DNA from: Dimorphilus gyrociliatus
Taxonomy: Eukaryota; Animalia; Annelida
Assembly: GCA_904063045.1 (NCBI GenBank)
Contig: CAJFCJ010000014.1
Span: 1,547,643 to 1,611,642 of the forward strand
Direction: 5' to 3'
DNA length: 64,000 bases
Below are positions 40,161 through 53,537 of the stretch, piece by piece. The position numbers were made by a program, and so were the translations under genes. The notes beneath the pieces were generated by a model. It was given only the letters and a program-made list of their open reading frames with translations, was not told where the DNA came from and searched no databases. Numbering within the stretch: position 1 is the stretch's first letter; the number at the start of each line of letters is the position of its first letter.

Positions 40161-40895
40161 TTTAGTGATAAGAAAAGACCGAAGAAGGAGGAAGGAAGAA
40201 GAGAGGAAGGAGATGAAAACAAAAAAAAATTTTTTTTCAGTAACATTATTTTTTACTTGTAAAAATAAATTTGTTAGTAAATTAGTTGTTTAAAAAAAAG
40301 AAGGAAAAAAGCTTTAATTAGAATTTAAAATTAACGGAAAATTTCTGTGACAAATAGCAGCAAAAAAGAGGAAAAAATGGCTTTCTTAATATGTTGCCTG
40401 AAGCGGTTTAGTAAATATTATGTTAAGGAAATATGCGACGCTATTAACTTTGGCAAAAGCATCGTGCTCAATAATATCAACGGTTATTTGAAGATCGTAA
40501 CGAGAATTTGCAGTGCAAATTAACATTTGCAAATACTAGATCTGTAGGATTGCTCGCTCAAACGTTCCAGAGTGGTGTACGATTAATAAGTCCATGCAGT
40601 TAAAGAAAATCAACTATAAACGATCTAATATGTTAAATTCGCTATAATAGATTTCATTTGTTAATTAAATGTAATAAAGATCCTCCAATATTAATGAGCT
40701 TTTCCGTATAATAAATCGAAAGTAGTATTCTAGTAAAAACTGGTAGAATATATATATATATATGTTAAGAGTGTTTTGCCAATTTTATCATTTTTACAAA
40801 AAATCAATCGATTGGGGATAGAAAATTAGGCTAAAATACACGATTATTAACAAATTTTAAGGAATCGTCAATATTAGAAAGAAATTTTAGAAAAC

Positions 40896-41638
40896 ATGAA
40901 GATAAACGACAACATGTTGGCAATGTATGCCAATCACCGAAGTAGAAAACCTACAAAGGAAGGATATTTGTTTAAAAGAGGTAGTGAAAATATGATTATT
41001 GAAATGTACTGATTACATAACGCTATTAAACAGGTGAAATAAATCAGCAATACCAATTGAGACATTGCGTTCTACGTGCTAATATGTTATTTTATTCTGA
41101 GGGCCCAAATCAACAACCCCTTGGAGTTATCATTCTTGAAGGAGCCACTGTTGATTTTCTGGGGATTGAACCTAATCCAAAACTTGTTAATAAGAGCCTA
41201 AACATAAAAAAATTACATTTATTTGTTATCCAATGGAAAGCCTATGGTCAAAATTTGAGAAGGTACACTCTTGGCTGTGAGAAAACAGAAGATATCGATG
41301 ATTGGATGAATAAAATAGTTATGTCTAGTTATTCATTTATGAGAAAAGTTCATACAGAGCTAAAAAAGCAGTTAGATACACTTCAAAATGTTCCAACCCG
41401 ACCACCCTTACCAGAGAAGAGGAAGTCATTTGAAGAACTTCACGAAGACCTTCGACAAAGAATATCGGAAATGTGTCCTAATCTCAATATTATCAGTAAA
41501 TCAGATAGTCAAATAATAGATCTTGGTATAGACGAACCAAATTCACCGGACGTTGAAGATGTAGAAGAAGAAAGTGAAAATAATAGTGGATCTATAGAAG
41601 CCGTAGAACCAGATCAAGAAGAGACTTTATCTGAATGA
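40896..41638 (+). CDS. Sesquipedalian / PHETA (IPIP27/FAM109) PH-domain protein
   Basis: Exons 40896-40980 and 41034-41638: MKINDNMLAMYA...EGYLFKRG...VLRANMLFY...PLGVIILEG, coiled coil, and the F&H motif FEELHE. Confidence 0.88.
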
Positions 41639-41794
41639 AGGATTTTTACAATAGATATTAGACAATAAGAAGATAAAATATAAATCATAAATTTTAAAAT
41701 ATCATAAAAAGTGACGCACTTAGAGAAACATTTGTTTTTGGGTTTTAGATATAGATGAATAATCTACACAAATAAAGATGGAGAGTAACAGAGT

Positions 41795-41821
41795 AAGAGA
41801 GAGAGAGAGAGAGAGAGAGAG
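41795..41821. repeat. (GA)n microsatellite
   Basis: Pure GA run. Confidence 0.9.
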
Positions 41822-42140
41822 GGGGAGAAAAAGGGGAAGACATTCTATAGTATTAAATATATTTAATATATATGCTTCAAATGAAAGGTCTTTTTTTAAC
41901 TGAATTTTAATTAAATAAACGCATTTTGTCAATAGACTAGTTAATATTCATCACATACGCTATATGTTGTGATATATATATATATATATACTTTATAAGT
42001 GCATGTATATACTAACTAATATATAACTTGACATGTGCAAAGCATATAAATCATAACCAATAATACAGTATCTTTTCGCGATGCTATTCAGCATTTAATA
42101 GGCTTAAAGAAGAGAAAAGACACTAAGTACATTCTAGTAC

Positions 42141-42176
42141 GTATCTACTGTATATATATATATATATATATATATA
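42141..42176. repeat. (TA)n microsatellite
   Basis: TA run. Confidence 0.85.
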
Positions 42177-42543
42177 AACTTATAGTCTATATTTCAACTT
42201 ATTATCTAATGTTATAAGTAATAAAATAACAAAATATTTACTCTGATAAACTCTGTATGTATTGAACAATCTTTAAATGGTTAGTCATAACCTATTCCAT
42301 TCCCTCCCTATTTTTTTCTTCTCTCTTCTTTTCTTTTTCTCCTTTCTCTTATTTTTTTATAGCCACTGTGATAAAAGCGTTACTTTTTATTTATTTTTTT
42401 TTTTTATATATGTATGCTTTTCTTATAATCCTTTTTACTAATAACATTATCTTTAGAAGGGTAAATTTGATTATTTTACTAATTGTTTCTTTTGTCTTTT
42501 TTTTTTTAAGTGTTAAAAAGTTTTTGTTTTCTTTCATTCTCAT

Positions 42544-44798
42544 TTAAATTAATAAAAATCTTTCCAAAGCTGCAGATCTTTGTCCATGAATTAGGATAGT
42601 TACTGGAATGAGAGGATGCTGCGTTCCTCTTAAGTAATGCTAAAAGGGGAAACAAAAATAAATAAATAAAAACACAGACAAACAATATCAGGAAAATAAA
42701 TGGAAGGAAAATATATATTTTGTATTGTTATATATGATAGAATAGGAAATAATAATAATGAGATCTTACATGAACCATCTCAATTGCTTTTCGCTTAAAA
42801 GCGGAGGCAGATTGTGACAGCAAAATAAAGCAATGTTGTTGAGTATCAAATATAGTAACGTCATTTGCAAGAATTGTTGATAAAGATGCAGTCTGTCCAG
42901 CACTAATCGGAGTAAAGCTTAGGGGATCAGTTGATGGATTCACACTAAAAAAAATTCCATATTTCCATGCAATATTAATATATAAAAACAATATAAATAT
43001 ACAATAGATATATTGTGTAAATTTACGCAAAAAACTATTTACCTATATATTGCTTTTGTATAATTTTTTATTGTTGAACTTTGGAATTCATCATCTTCAT
43101 CTTTAATAATTCCACTAGCGAATAAACCATCGACAAGTGACGTATAAAAGTAATGCTATATATCAAAAGAAAATTAAAAAGATTTACAGTTATTAATCAT
43201 TTTATTATATAAGATTTTACCTCAAATGTTACTGCAATTTCATCAATAATGTCAACTTTAATTTTAGCCCCTCTGTTGGCTTTTATCTCCTCAATATAGT
43301 TTCTAGCCTACGGGATTAGACAGTATCAAATTGTTTTTCCTGACATTTTTTTTATTATTTTTAAATAGTTACCGCTATTCTGTGATCATTTGCCGAATTT
43401 CTTCCATTCCAGATGCAAAACTTGGTTCCCATGTCTAGAATGTATACAAAATCTGAAGTCAGTTGAGCCTTTTCGGCCGCAACTTCCTTTACTTTGATAT
43501 TGTTCGTATGATCTTTCGGTTTATAGAACCTCAATAATCTGTATTCATATGAGGATTTATCCCTTGTACGTGCAAAGCTTTGCTCAAAGCCGCCTTTCCA
43601 AACGCTTTTAGAAGAGAAAAAGCTGCATTAAGATGACGGTGGAAAAAAAACCACAGAGAAAGACGTTTTCTTTCCTTGTCTAATACCTTATTGGCTGAAA
43701 ATATGAAGTAAACAAATCCGATTCTCTTCCCTGAATTTCCCTATGCAATCTAGCCGTCTTCCTTAATTTCTCATCAAGAATGTTTAATGCCAAAACACTG
43801 ACTACGTAATCTTCCTATAAAAAGGTTAAGTTAATCCCTTAGCCTGAGAAATTTTTCTCATCACGTTTTAAGTACTCACATAAGAGGCTCTTTTACCTAT
43901 CCAAATATGGATATCATACACGATTTCCTCTGAAAACACTTCAGGGCTTGTAGACTGCAAAAATTTAAAACCAATTAAAAGTCTCTTAAGTATCTTACAA
44001 TTCTTGTTTTTTTACTATTAATACGATTACTTCCAATTATCTATATGACGTTTGCTATTGTTAGAATACGTAAAAAAAACCGTATACGTAGGCTTATAAG
44101 AAGAAAGTCATCAGAATATTGAATAGTAGAAAATCTAGACGTACAAAGGTAAAATAATATAATCTCTTACACTTAAAATGATATAGGCATTATCCTCGTA
44201 AAAATTACCATATTCTGTTTCCGGCCAGTAGAATATTCTGTAGTTCTGTGAAATTAAAGAAGTAAGATGTACATGAAAATAAAAGAAAGACTTGTTTTTT
44301 GAGAGAGAGAGAGAGAGAGAGATATCATAAATATCATTTATACCCTAATCTGCCAAATTCTCAAACCATCTTCTTTACCAACATTTTCAAATGGTTCCCT
44401 AGTGTTTGTAAAATTCATAAGACGGGCTACAAGAGGAAGAAAGATAATTATCAATGTCGAAACAAAATGGTGGTAGTTAAGGTTATTTAATAGTAATGGA
44501 AAGAAAAAGTATTAAATCCAATACAAACATTGATACGCTTTCATTACTTCAGGATTATCAACTTTTAAATTTACATCTTTCCATCTGCAAATCTGATCGG
44601 TATGATTTAACATTTTTAAGAAATTATCTCAACAGCTCCACTATTAATGTTGAAGAGAGAGAGAGAAAAAAAAAGAGAGAGAATTTTCGATATGGGCGTG
44701 AACCTTTACCGCTCACGATTTATATTCCAAAAGAATAGACCTTTCGACCGTATTGAACAGTCTCTGTCGTTCATACCGACTTGTATAGAAAATAATCA
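42544..44798 (-). CDS. Divergent three-domain gelsolin-like protein (paralog 3); first exon uncertain
   Basis: Exons encode EPFENVGKEDGLRIWQIR, YGNFYEDNAYIIL, YDIHIWIG, HREIQGRESDLFTSYF, VYILDMG...IWNG, HYLRGTQHPLIPVT; exon layout largely matches the neighbouring gelsolins. Confidence 0.8.
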
Positions 44799-44895
44799 TG
44801 GAACGCCATCTATGTGCTAAGTTTATAATTTATGTGTATTTGTCTATTTTTTCGTTCTACAGTTTTACAATACATAAATAAGAATATCTAGTCTC

Positions 44896-46794
44896 TCAGG
44901 GATTGGTTGAAGCAATAAAATGATCATTCTTCTTCCCTTCAGAAATTACTGTAATAGGTCGAAGGGGATTTGCGGTCTTCTGAAGATAACGATGAGCATA
45001 TCCAAAACCATTCCTCGACTCATTTTCCGAAGCATCCTTCCCTATCCATATAAATACAGTATCTCCAACGTCAACTACGAAAACGTCATTCGAGTCTAAA
45101 CTTGATCTACTTATCTCCTCATCTCTGCTGATTTCCATCATCTCCATTTCCCCTTTAGCATCGGATACTCTAACAATATTGAGGTTATTGAATTTAAAGT
45201 TAATTTTGGATGAGATATTAATTAATTAAAGATAAAAAACCTTATAAGAGCTTTTCCACAATCGGATAAATCATTCTCAATATCTCTTTCATCAATTTCT
45301 CCTTCACCGTCGTCTTCGATAACGTCAAAAAACTCACTCTAAATTTATTATATAATTTATCCTAATGAGATGGATAGAGTATTACTTACGTCCAATTCCC
45401 CTTCTTCAAGGTTATGAATATTGACATTTGACCTTCCGATTTTCAATCTACTAACGCATTCCGCAGCCTATTTTCCATTTAGATAATGTTTAATAACTTA
45501 AAAATAAAGGAACTTCAAACCTTCCACTTTTCATTATGTCTACAACTACCTCCGTTCCATTGATAAATATCCGATCCCTTATCCAAAACATAAACATCGT
45601 CCGACGTTACATAGCGTTTTTTCAATGGGATCTTTGCGTTTGTAGTTGGTTAGTTAATTAATGAATAAATATTTTACTACAATTGAGCATTCTTACTTCA
45701 AAACTCTTGACTGTTTTCCCGTAACTTTTAATTCTATAGAGTCTTATTATAAATTCAGTTTCTTCAACTCGGCGAAATCCAGAATCTACGCCACCTTCAT
45801 TAAAGCTATAAAAGGGATATAATAAAGTAAACGTACAACGAGATTTTTAATATCTTACATCATCGAAGGAAAATAAGAATTGAATAAAGAACTCTCGACG
45901 CCTTGAACTTCTCGATGTTGAATAGCAGCATCATTCAAATAAGTATCGAGTTCAACAGTCTTATAAGCAGCTGTTCCATATTCATCCTATATAAGAAATA
46001 TAGTTAAATAGACATTTCGACAGAATCGTCTATTTCTTTTTTTTTATTTTTACTTGAGAGCTATTTTTACCAATCCAAAAATGGACGTCGTAATTAAGAG
46101 CGTCACTTTCTTCATCTTTGAATGTCTATTAAAACATAAGAAAGAAGATAAGAAACCTAAAAATTGAAAAGAATATAAAATATAAAGCTGAACGTTTAGA
46201 ATGATGTAGGAATCTCCTGAGAAGAATTCTCCATATTTCTCTTCAGGCCAATCGGTAACTTGAAACTTCTGTGGGAGTAAAGTATATCTTGTGTTGAATA
46301 ACTGTCTATTTGTGTGTATATACATATATTAATATTTCTGTAGGTTCATAACAAATAAAGTCCGAAAAATGATTAAACAAATAGAACTTTTTTTAATATA
46401 AAAAGAATGAAGGGAAATCCTATGCTTTTACTCTCGTCATAGATATTATGTATACATTGACTAGTTATTCTATATTTACATTATGAATCAATTAATAATT
46501 AATGAATATTCATTGATTTACCAATATTATTTTTTATTAGTTTAAGAATGTATACTTTACCATTATTCTCCATACTTTTAATCCAACATTTTCTCCGGCA
46601 CCTTCCCAAGCTGGTTCTTGATTGGCAGACTCCTCTATTGCAATTATAAATTCTCTTTTATTGACCTATTATTCTAGGTTTTTTTTTATTTTTATTATAT
46701 AAGATAACATACTTTTAACTTTCTTTTCAGTATCCGATCCGAAAAGAGATAGATTCGTATCTTTCCAATTGTAGCTTTTCGCTTTGATAGACAT
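44896..46794 (-). CDS. Three-domain gelsolin-like (severin/EWAM-type) protein (paralog 2)
   Basis: [88 protein letters not shown]. Only one copy of the DEYG exon. Confidence 0.95.
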
Positions 46795-48185
46795 AGCTCG
46801 AATATTGAAGTTTTCTAGAGAAACAACTATCAATTAATGAAAAATCTTCTATTAAAATCAATATGATCAATAAAAAAAAAGTTAACAATAATTTATTAAA
46901 AGCCTTGATTCACCTGGAAAAAATTTATCTCGCCACGTTTATTTATTTAATGACTTAATTTTATTGAATGGTAGCATTGATGGATTAATAGAAAAGAGAG
47001 AGAGAGAGAGAGAAACAGGATCTTTTTAGAGTAGTCTATAAAAAAATGATGAAAAAGGTAAATAACAAATGCACACACTACAGCACTACAGTATATAAAG
47101 AGTTGGTATAATAGAGATTTTCGGCTTTGGTTAAATTTATTCAAGTTATCCCTTTGAGTTTTACTCACTTTTATAATTAGAAAACACTTGATTCGGGAAT
47201 ATTAGATTAATGCTATATTCTCAATTCGTAGAAGAGGATGGCTACCGTCTAACTTCTAGAAGAAAGTGTTTATTTTCAGCCATTTTTAATATTATTCAAT
47301 AGGAAAATTTGCTTTGAGATGTTAGCCTATGAGTTTCACGACTAGGGTTTTTTTTATAGCAACTATGACATTTAGAAATAGGTTACATAAGAGAGAATTT
47401 GTCATCAATAGAATCCTGTTAGTATAGGTTAGAATAGAAACAAAAAGTTAATTGTTATAACAATGGATTATCATAAAGATAATTCGCCATCTGCAGTATA
47501 CATTTCGGATTAGTTAAAGCTAATAATCAGACAAGTTGCAAATACTATTTCTTTTAAACAATAATGCCTTATAAATTTGAATTAAATGATTCATTATTTC
47601 AAACGTTTTGAACTATTTGCAGTAATAATACCAACACCTCTTCAAATTCTATTTTTAGATGGTTAGTGGTAAGTTTACGATATTCTCATCATTCATTTAC
47701 AATTTTTTCAATCAATTAGCTTATTTGTTACACAGCTTTTAGATTAATTAAACAGATTACCAAATAATTTAGAGATGCAAGGATAGGATTTTCTCTTTTG
47801 TATTTATGTAAGACAGCTCCTTCTGTTTGTTGAAAAAACTTGATAGACACTATCCACGCCTACCTAGGCCTATGAATAAATTTACAATTACATCTAACTT
47901 TCTGTTACTTTAATTTGTATGAGTTATTTTAAATGAAATAAATGTTTGACAACTCAAAGTTTGAAAGGTACATTTCTGCATAAGCTTGAAGTTTATTAGT
48001 AACATACTGTAAACGATCTAGATACGTAAACGCATACCCAATAAACCACATGCAACTATAATTTCATATTCAATCATTTATCTTCAGACAAAAACGGCAA
48101 AAGTTTTCAATAGAAGGATAAACACATCATAATCATTTTTTTCTAAGGCGAAGAACATGTAGGACAAAACTGACAAATACATAAT

Positions 48186-51100
48186 TTAAGCACTAGTTGC
48201 TGCCAAGAAACGAGCATTCTTCTTTCCTTCAGAAATGACAGTAACCGGTCTGAAAGGATGTGCCGTCTTTTGAATGTAGCGATGTGCATAGCCAAATCCA
48301 TTTTTAGATTCTGCATCCGAGGCTCTTCTTCCAATCCAAACAAAGACGCTATCGCCAACATCAGCGATGAAAACATCGCTAGAATCTAGCTGAGAGCGTC
48401 TAATTTCAGATCCACGACTCACTTCAGTCATTTCCATTTTGCCCGAAGCGTCAGAAATTCTGTTTGTTATGTAACATTAGTAAATACCTAATATGAAAAT
48501 TATATATAAGACCTCATTAGCACTTTGTCATTTCCAGTAAGATCTTCATCTTCTTCTTCTTCATCGATTTCAACATCGCTTTGCTTCTCAAACGCTTCGT
48601 TGAACTTGCTCTGAAAATAGCAGTTGAAATCAGGTTGCAACAAGGTAAGTTAACTAATGCGGCATTGCAATCCGATACACCATGCAATTTTGTTACATTC
48701 TTAATGCAGCAAGGTTACTAATTAAAAAAGGTTCAAAGCAATATTTTCATTTAAATAACGCTTGAAAAGTACGATGAATATATCATGGCGCTTTTCTAAG
48801 TTCCTTAGATCAAGTAATACTTTTTAATCATGGATCAGCAAGGATCACAGCAAAAATAACTACCAAGATATAGAAGACTTAAATACGGTTTGAATACCCT
48901 TACCTCTAACTGTGAATGAGACATTCAATATTATATTATAAAGTAATTGTGTACGAGTGGAACAAGAAGAGTTAGGTGCACTTACATCAGGCTCGATGTC
49001 GCCTTCCTCGAGAGTTTCGCTTCTGGCCTTACCACGATCACCCTTGATTTTTTGGACAAACTGCTGAGCCTTTGAAGTTGAAATAATCTTTAGTTTCAGG
49101 ATGGTAAAAATACAGATATGCATACCCTCCATTTCTCATCTTTGTTACACGTCTGTCCATTCCATTGAAAAATTTCTAATCCCATGTCCAAAACATAAAC
49201 ATCGCCTGAGTTTAAGAGATCTTTTCGTATAGGAATCTAAATAAAAAAAGAATTTCTCACTAATCGTATTTTTAGAGTGAGGATAAACAAACTATACCTC
49301 TACAACTTTGACTCCTTTCTTAGATCCATGAAAGTGGAAAAGTCTATTTCTGTATTCCGTCGGTGTGACATGACGGAATCCAGTTTCAGCACCTCCTTGC
49401 ATAATTCTAAAAAAAATATAAATATTCAGACACTTTGAGAAGAATTAACAAATTTTTGTTTATGCAGAATCAGACTCTGAAAATTTGCAGAATTAATTAA
49501 AAAACTCATATGCTATTTGCAACAATCAGAAGATATATACATATAAAATGTATATGTACATATTTGATAGCAATTTTAGAATAGATTGCAATAGCATAAA
49601 GGCCAAACATACAAAATCTAAGAAGCATTAACAAAGCAAAAGACAGTTGAAAAAAATTAAATTTCCTAGTAAAATTTTCTTAGCTACTTGTGTCTAAACT
49701 CACACAATCTCAGTAAAATATTTTTTGAATAAAGCACTCTCATGATCTTGAACTTCACGATGCTGAATTGGAACATCATCTAAATATGTATCCAATTCAA
49801 CCGTCTTGTAAGCCGCTGTGCCATATTCGTCCTGTTACGGGAGAGCATGCCACAAAATCATGAACAGCTTATTAGTAGGATAAATTTATTTCTCTTCAAT
49901 TATCCCTTAGTTTGTTTAAAGTCAAGTGTTTTTTAGACTATAATGATTCCAAGATTGAAAAGTATTATTTAGTTGCGGGTAAAAAAATATGTTATAGGTT
50001 TAATTTGGTTTATTCTACATCTTTTCAATAAAGTTTGAAGACTCTTAAACTACTATATTCTTTTTTAGTGGAGAAAATTTTTTTTATATATTATTTCTAC
50101 TACTCTTTGTGACTACTAATTACAAAAAAGTGAAAGAGTAACATTGCAATAATCAAACTGCGAGAAAAAATTGAATCCATAAATGATTACCCGTAACTAT
50201 CTAAATCATTTTTCTTTTTGAATCATGCTAGTAAGTTATAAAAAAAACTTTTTAACATAAGAGGGGAGCTAGGGGAAGTTAGGAGGTAACCCAGCCGCAG
50301 TAAAGGGGGTTCATAAGATAGATTAAGCATGCATTTGTGAGATACTACACTTTCTTCTCTCAACTTACATAATTTCAGAAAAGTAAGTTTGAAATAATTC
50401 ACTTTCGTTATTCATTACTTCACGGTGTTGGACTGGAACATCGTCCAGAAACGTATCGAGTTCAACAGTCTTGTAAGCAGCAGTTCCATATTCATCCTGT
50501 GTTATTTGCCCGTTTTTGTGACAAACATGCCATGAAAAAGTGCCTAATTTGTTTACTACACGAAGATATTGACAATGCGTGCAGAAAGACGTTGACAAAA
50601 GAATAATAACCAGGGACAAGGTGACGAAATAGTTTATCTGGTCAGTGAAACTTACACAATTTCTTGAAAATATGAATGGAATAATTCACTTTCATGATTC
50701 TGAACTTGTCTATGTTGTACTGGTACGTCGTCTAAATATGTATCCAGTTCTACAGTTTTGTAAGCGGCTGCACCGTATTCGTCCTTTTGATTGGTAAATT
50801 TTTTTGTTTTTTTTTAAATTACATAGGATTTGGGACAACATAAGGCGTATGAATGGGAAGAAATCGGGATATCTTTACGAAGGATGGAGAATACAAAGTG
50901 TTCAAAGAGACCTTACCTGTGTGCTATGTTTACCAATCCAAAAATGAAGATCATGTAAGAGGGCGTCGCTGTCATTATCCTTGTATGTCTGTTTTGCAAA
51001 TTTCATTGTTAATAACAGCTAAAGTAAAAAAAAAATAAAAGTAAAAGAAATATTTTTTATTACGTTCAAAATAATGTAAGAGTCTCCGGAGAAGAATTGT

Positions 51101-51835
51101 CCATATTGCTCTTTAGGCCAATCGGTAACCTTAAATTTCTGTTGAAGGAATTTTTATAAAAAAAGCTAATGTAAATGACTTTCAAAAAGATTTTTTTTTG
51201 TTACTGATACATGTCAATACTTTATGCTTATAACCTTTTTATCAATATGTTAAATAGGAAAAGGAGCTATGTTAATTTCTGATGGTAATTATATTATAAG
51301 ATTATTTTTACATTTTATTTGAGATTATATCTATCTATCTATCTATATAATTATGCATATTATGTATATTCAAGAAGCGATTACTAATATAGGAATTTTC
51401 TATTGAAGAGTCATGGCATAAAATGTGCTTTATAATAACTATAGATTGAGAAGTATAAATAAATACTTCAAAAAATTACAGTGTAATGCAAATAGTGTGT
51501 TAGACGAAGTTCTTTCAACATTTCAACATATGTTTTTTTTGTTTTAATTCAACAGCTACATATAAACAAATTTTTAGAAATTGCTTCACCAAAATAAAAA
51601 TGTCTTACCACAATTCGCCAAATTTTCAAACCGGGTTTCTCACCGCATCCTCTCCATGCAGGCTCAGACTCAGCCGATTCCTCTGATATAAAGAAGAAAC
51701 ATTATTATAAAAATGCTTTTACAAAATTATTTAATAAAATTTATTACTTTTAACTTGTTTTTCTGTATCAGACCCAAAGAGAGCGAGATTCGAATCTTTC
51801 CAGTCGTATTGTTTTGCTTTTACTAAACCACTCAT
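48186..51835 (-). CDS. Three-domain gelsolin-like protein (paralog 1) with triplicated alternative exon
   Basis: [29 protein letters not shown]...EPAW...GLKIWRIV...[13 protein letters not shown]...HFWIG; three copies of the DEYG exon; [29 protein letters not shown]. Confidence 0.95.
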
Positions 51836-53537
51836 ATTGAAAATATTTCTAACGTTTTAAATCTGTTGTGATCATTAACAAATGTGTGAATAAAATAAAG
51901 CATCAAGTTCATAAATAGAAAATAACCGGCCTCATAATAAAGGTTAATAATCAATACACGGCCACGAATACAAACAATGACTCATCAAGCTTATAGTTCT
52001 ACCTTTTTTTCTAGGCTTAACAGATTTTTACGACCTTTTCTTCATATTGATGTAAAACTTAAAATGTAGTGATAAAATGAGCTTATCTACGATATGCCTT
52101 TAGACGAAAATCTGGGTTAACGTCTGCAATCTGTCTGCATTCCACCCAGTTTAAGGAGGCTGCACACGCTATTTTGTAGGCTGAAATTTGCTAGGATGAT
52201 TGTGTACCAAATAGACTTTATATAATGGGCTTTTAATAGCTTGCTATCTAATATCTGCTTAAATAGATTTTTGGAATGAGCCAAAATTAAGTAACAAAAA
52301 TAAGTATGCAAAAAAAATATCGAGGAAAAGAACATTTTTCATAACATAAATTCAGTGTAGAGATAAGCTTTCTGAATAAAAATACAAAGAAAACTGTACA
52401 AATGATTAGCAGGATGTACTACTGTAAAATTCGATTCAAGAATATCGTTTATTCCGAACAATCCTACATCTATTTCCGTAGTCGTATAAAAATACTGTAT
52501 TTGACAGTATCTAAGGTAAAACTGCGAAAAACGGAGTATATATTCTTATCACTATTTAGTGAATTAAGACTTTTTAAGGAAGAGATAAAAAAAAATGCTT
52601 TTTCTTTAGAAAATCCGGCATAGAAGAAATTAGTCATGGAAAATATCTGAAAATTACATATATTTCGATAACCGTTGATTCAGAAATTAAAATTCTTTTT
52701 TTTATCAATTCTTATCGAAAATATTAAAATATTACTAATAATATTCACTAAAACATTCTATTTCTTAAAACATACGTTCGAAAAACTAGAATTTTTACCT
52801 GACAGTTTTCTATGTAGAATGCCGCCGCCCTAGTTCTTTTTACAATTGTAAGGCCTACTCTTTTAGTATGGTAATAATTCCGCAATCGACCGGTTAGTGG
52901 TACTTTTCAGTTGTTTTGAATGATTAGGAAAAAATTCACGAATTTTATTCATTTTCTCCATTCAGAACAAAAATAATAAGAAAAAAAAGATAATTTTGTT
53001 AATTAAGTAGTAACGAAAAAAATAGATATCAGAATGTAATTCAAGCATATCCAGAATATTTATTGAAAACTGCAATTATTCATTTATAAATTAATAAACC
53101 TATTAAAAAGATTGAATTTTACTTGATTCGTTGTTACAATTTCATGAATTCCATAATGATAATTATAAAAGATTAATTAGGAGAAAAGAGGCATTTCTTG
53201 AAAACCTGAATAAAACAAAACTACAAAAAACTGTGAAATACATATTGTATCATAAGAAAACTGAAACCGGCAAAAGAATCTATAAAAATAATACTTCACT
53301 GAATAACACTTACACAATTTTAAAGATTGTAAAAATTAATACAGTTTTAGATAAACAGCGCCATCTTAAAAAATTTATAGCTATTTTTAATAAAATAATA
53401 AAAAAAAAACTCAATTGTTATTATTTTTCAAAGTTCACACAAGTTTTCAGAAGCGCCATCTCAAATGCTTTCTATCACCTAAAAAAACGTTTATAAATAA
53501 AACAGTCACACAAGCTAGTTATCATACTTTTTAAAAT

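Noticed and set aside
42544-46794. Gelsolin-2 and -3 spliced into a single six-domain gelsolin
   Set aside because: No donor before the gelsolin-2 stop; paralog 3 has its own candidate promoter motif.
52117-52900. Exon-like minus-strand fragments between gelsolin-1 and the Ig gene
   Set aside because: No consistent multi-exon ORF or recognisable product.
53131-53496. K/N/I-rich 121-aa ORF and its duplicate at 57648-58007
   Set aside because: TTG start and AT-driven composition in the Ig gene promoter; preservation is explained by the recent duplication, although the 6-nt indel is in frame.
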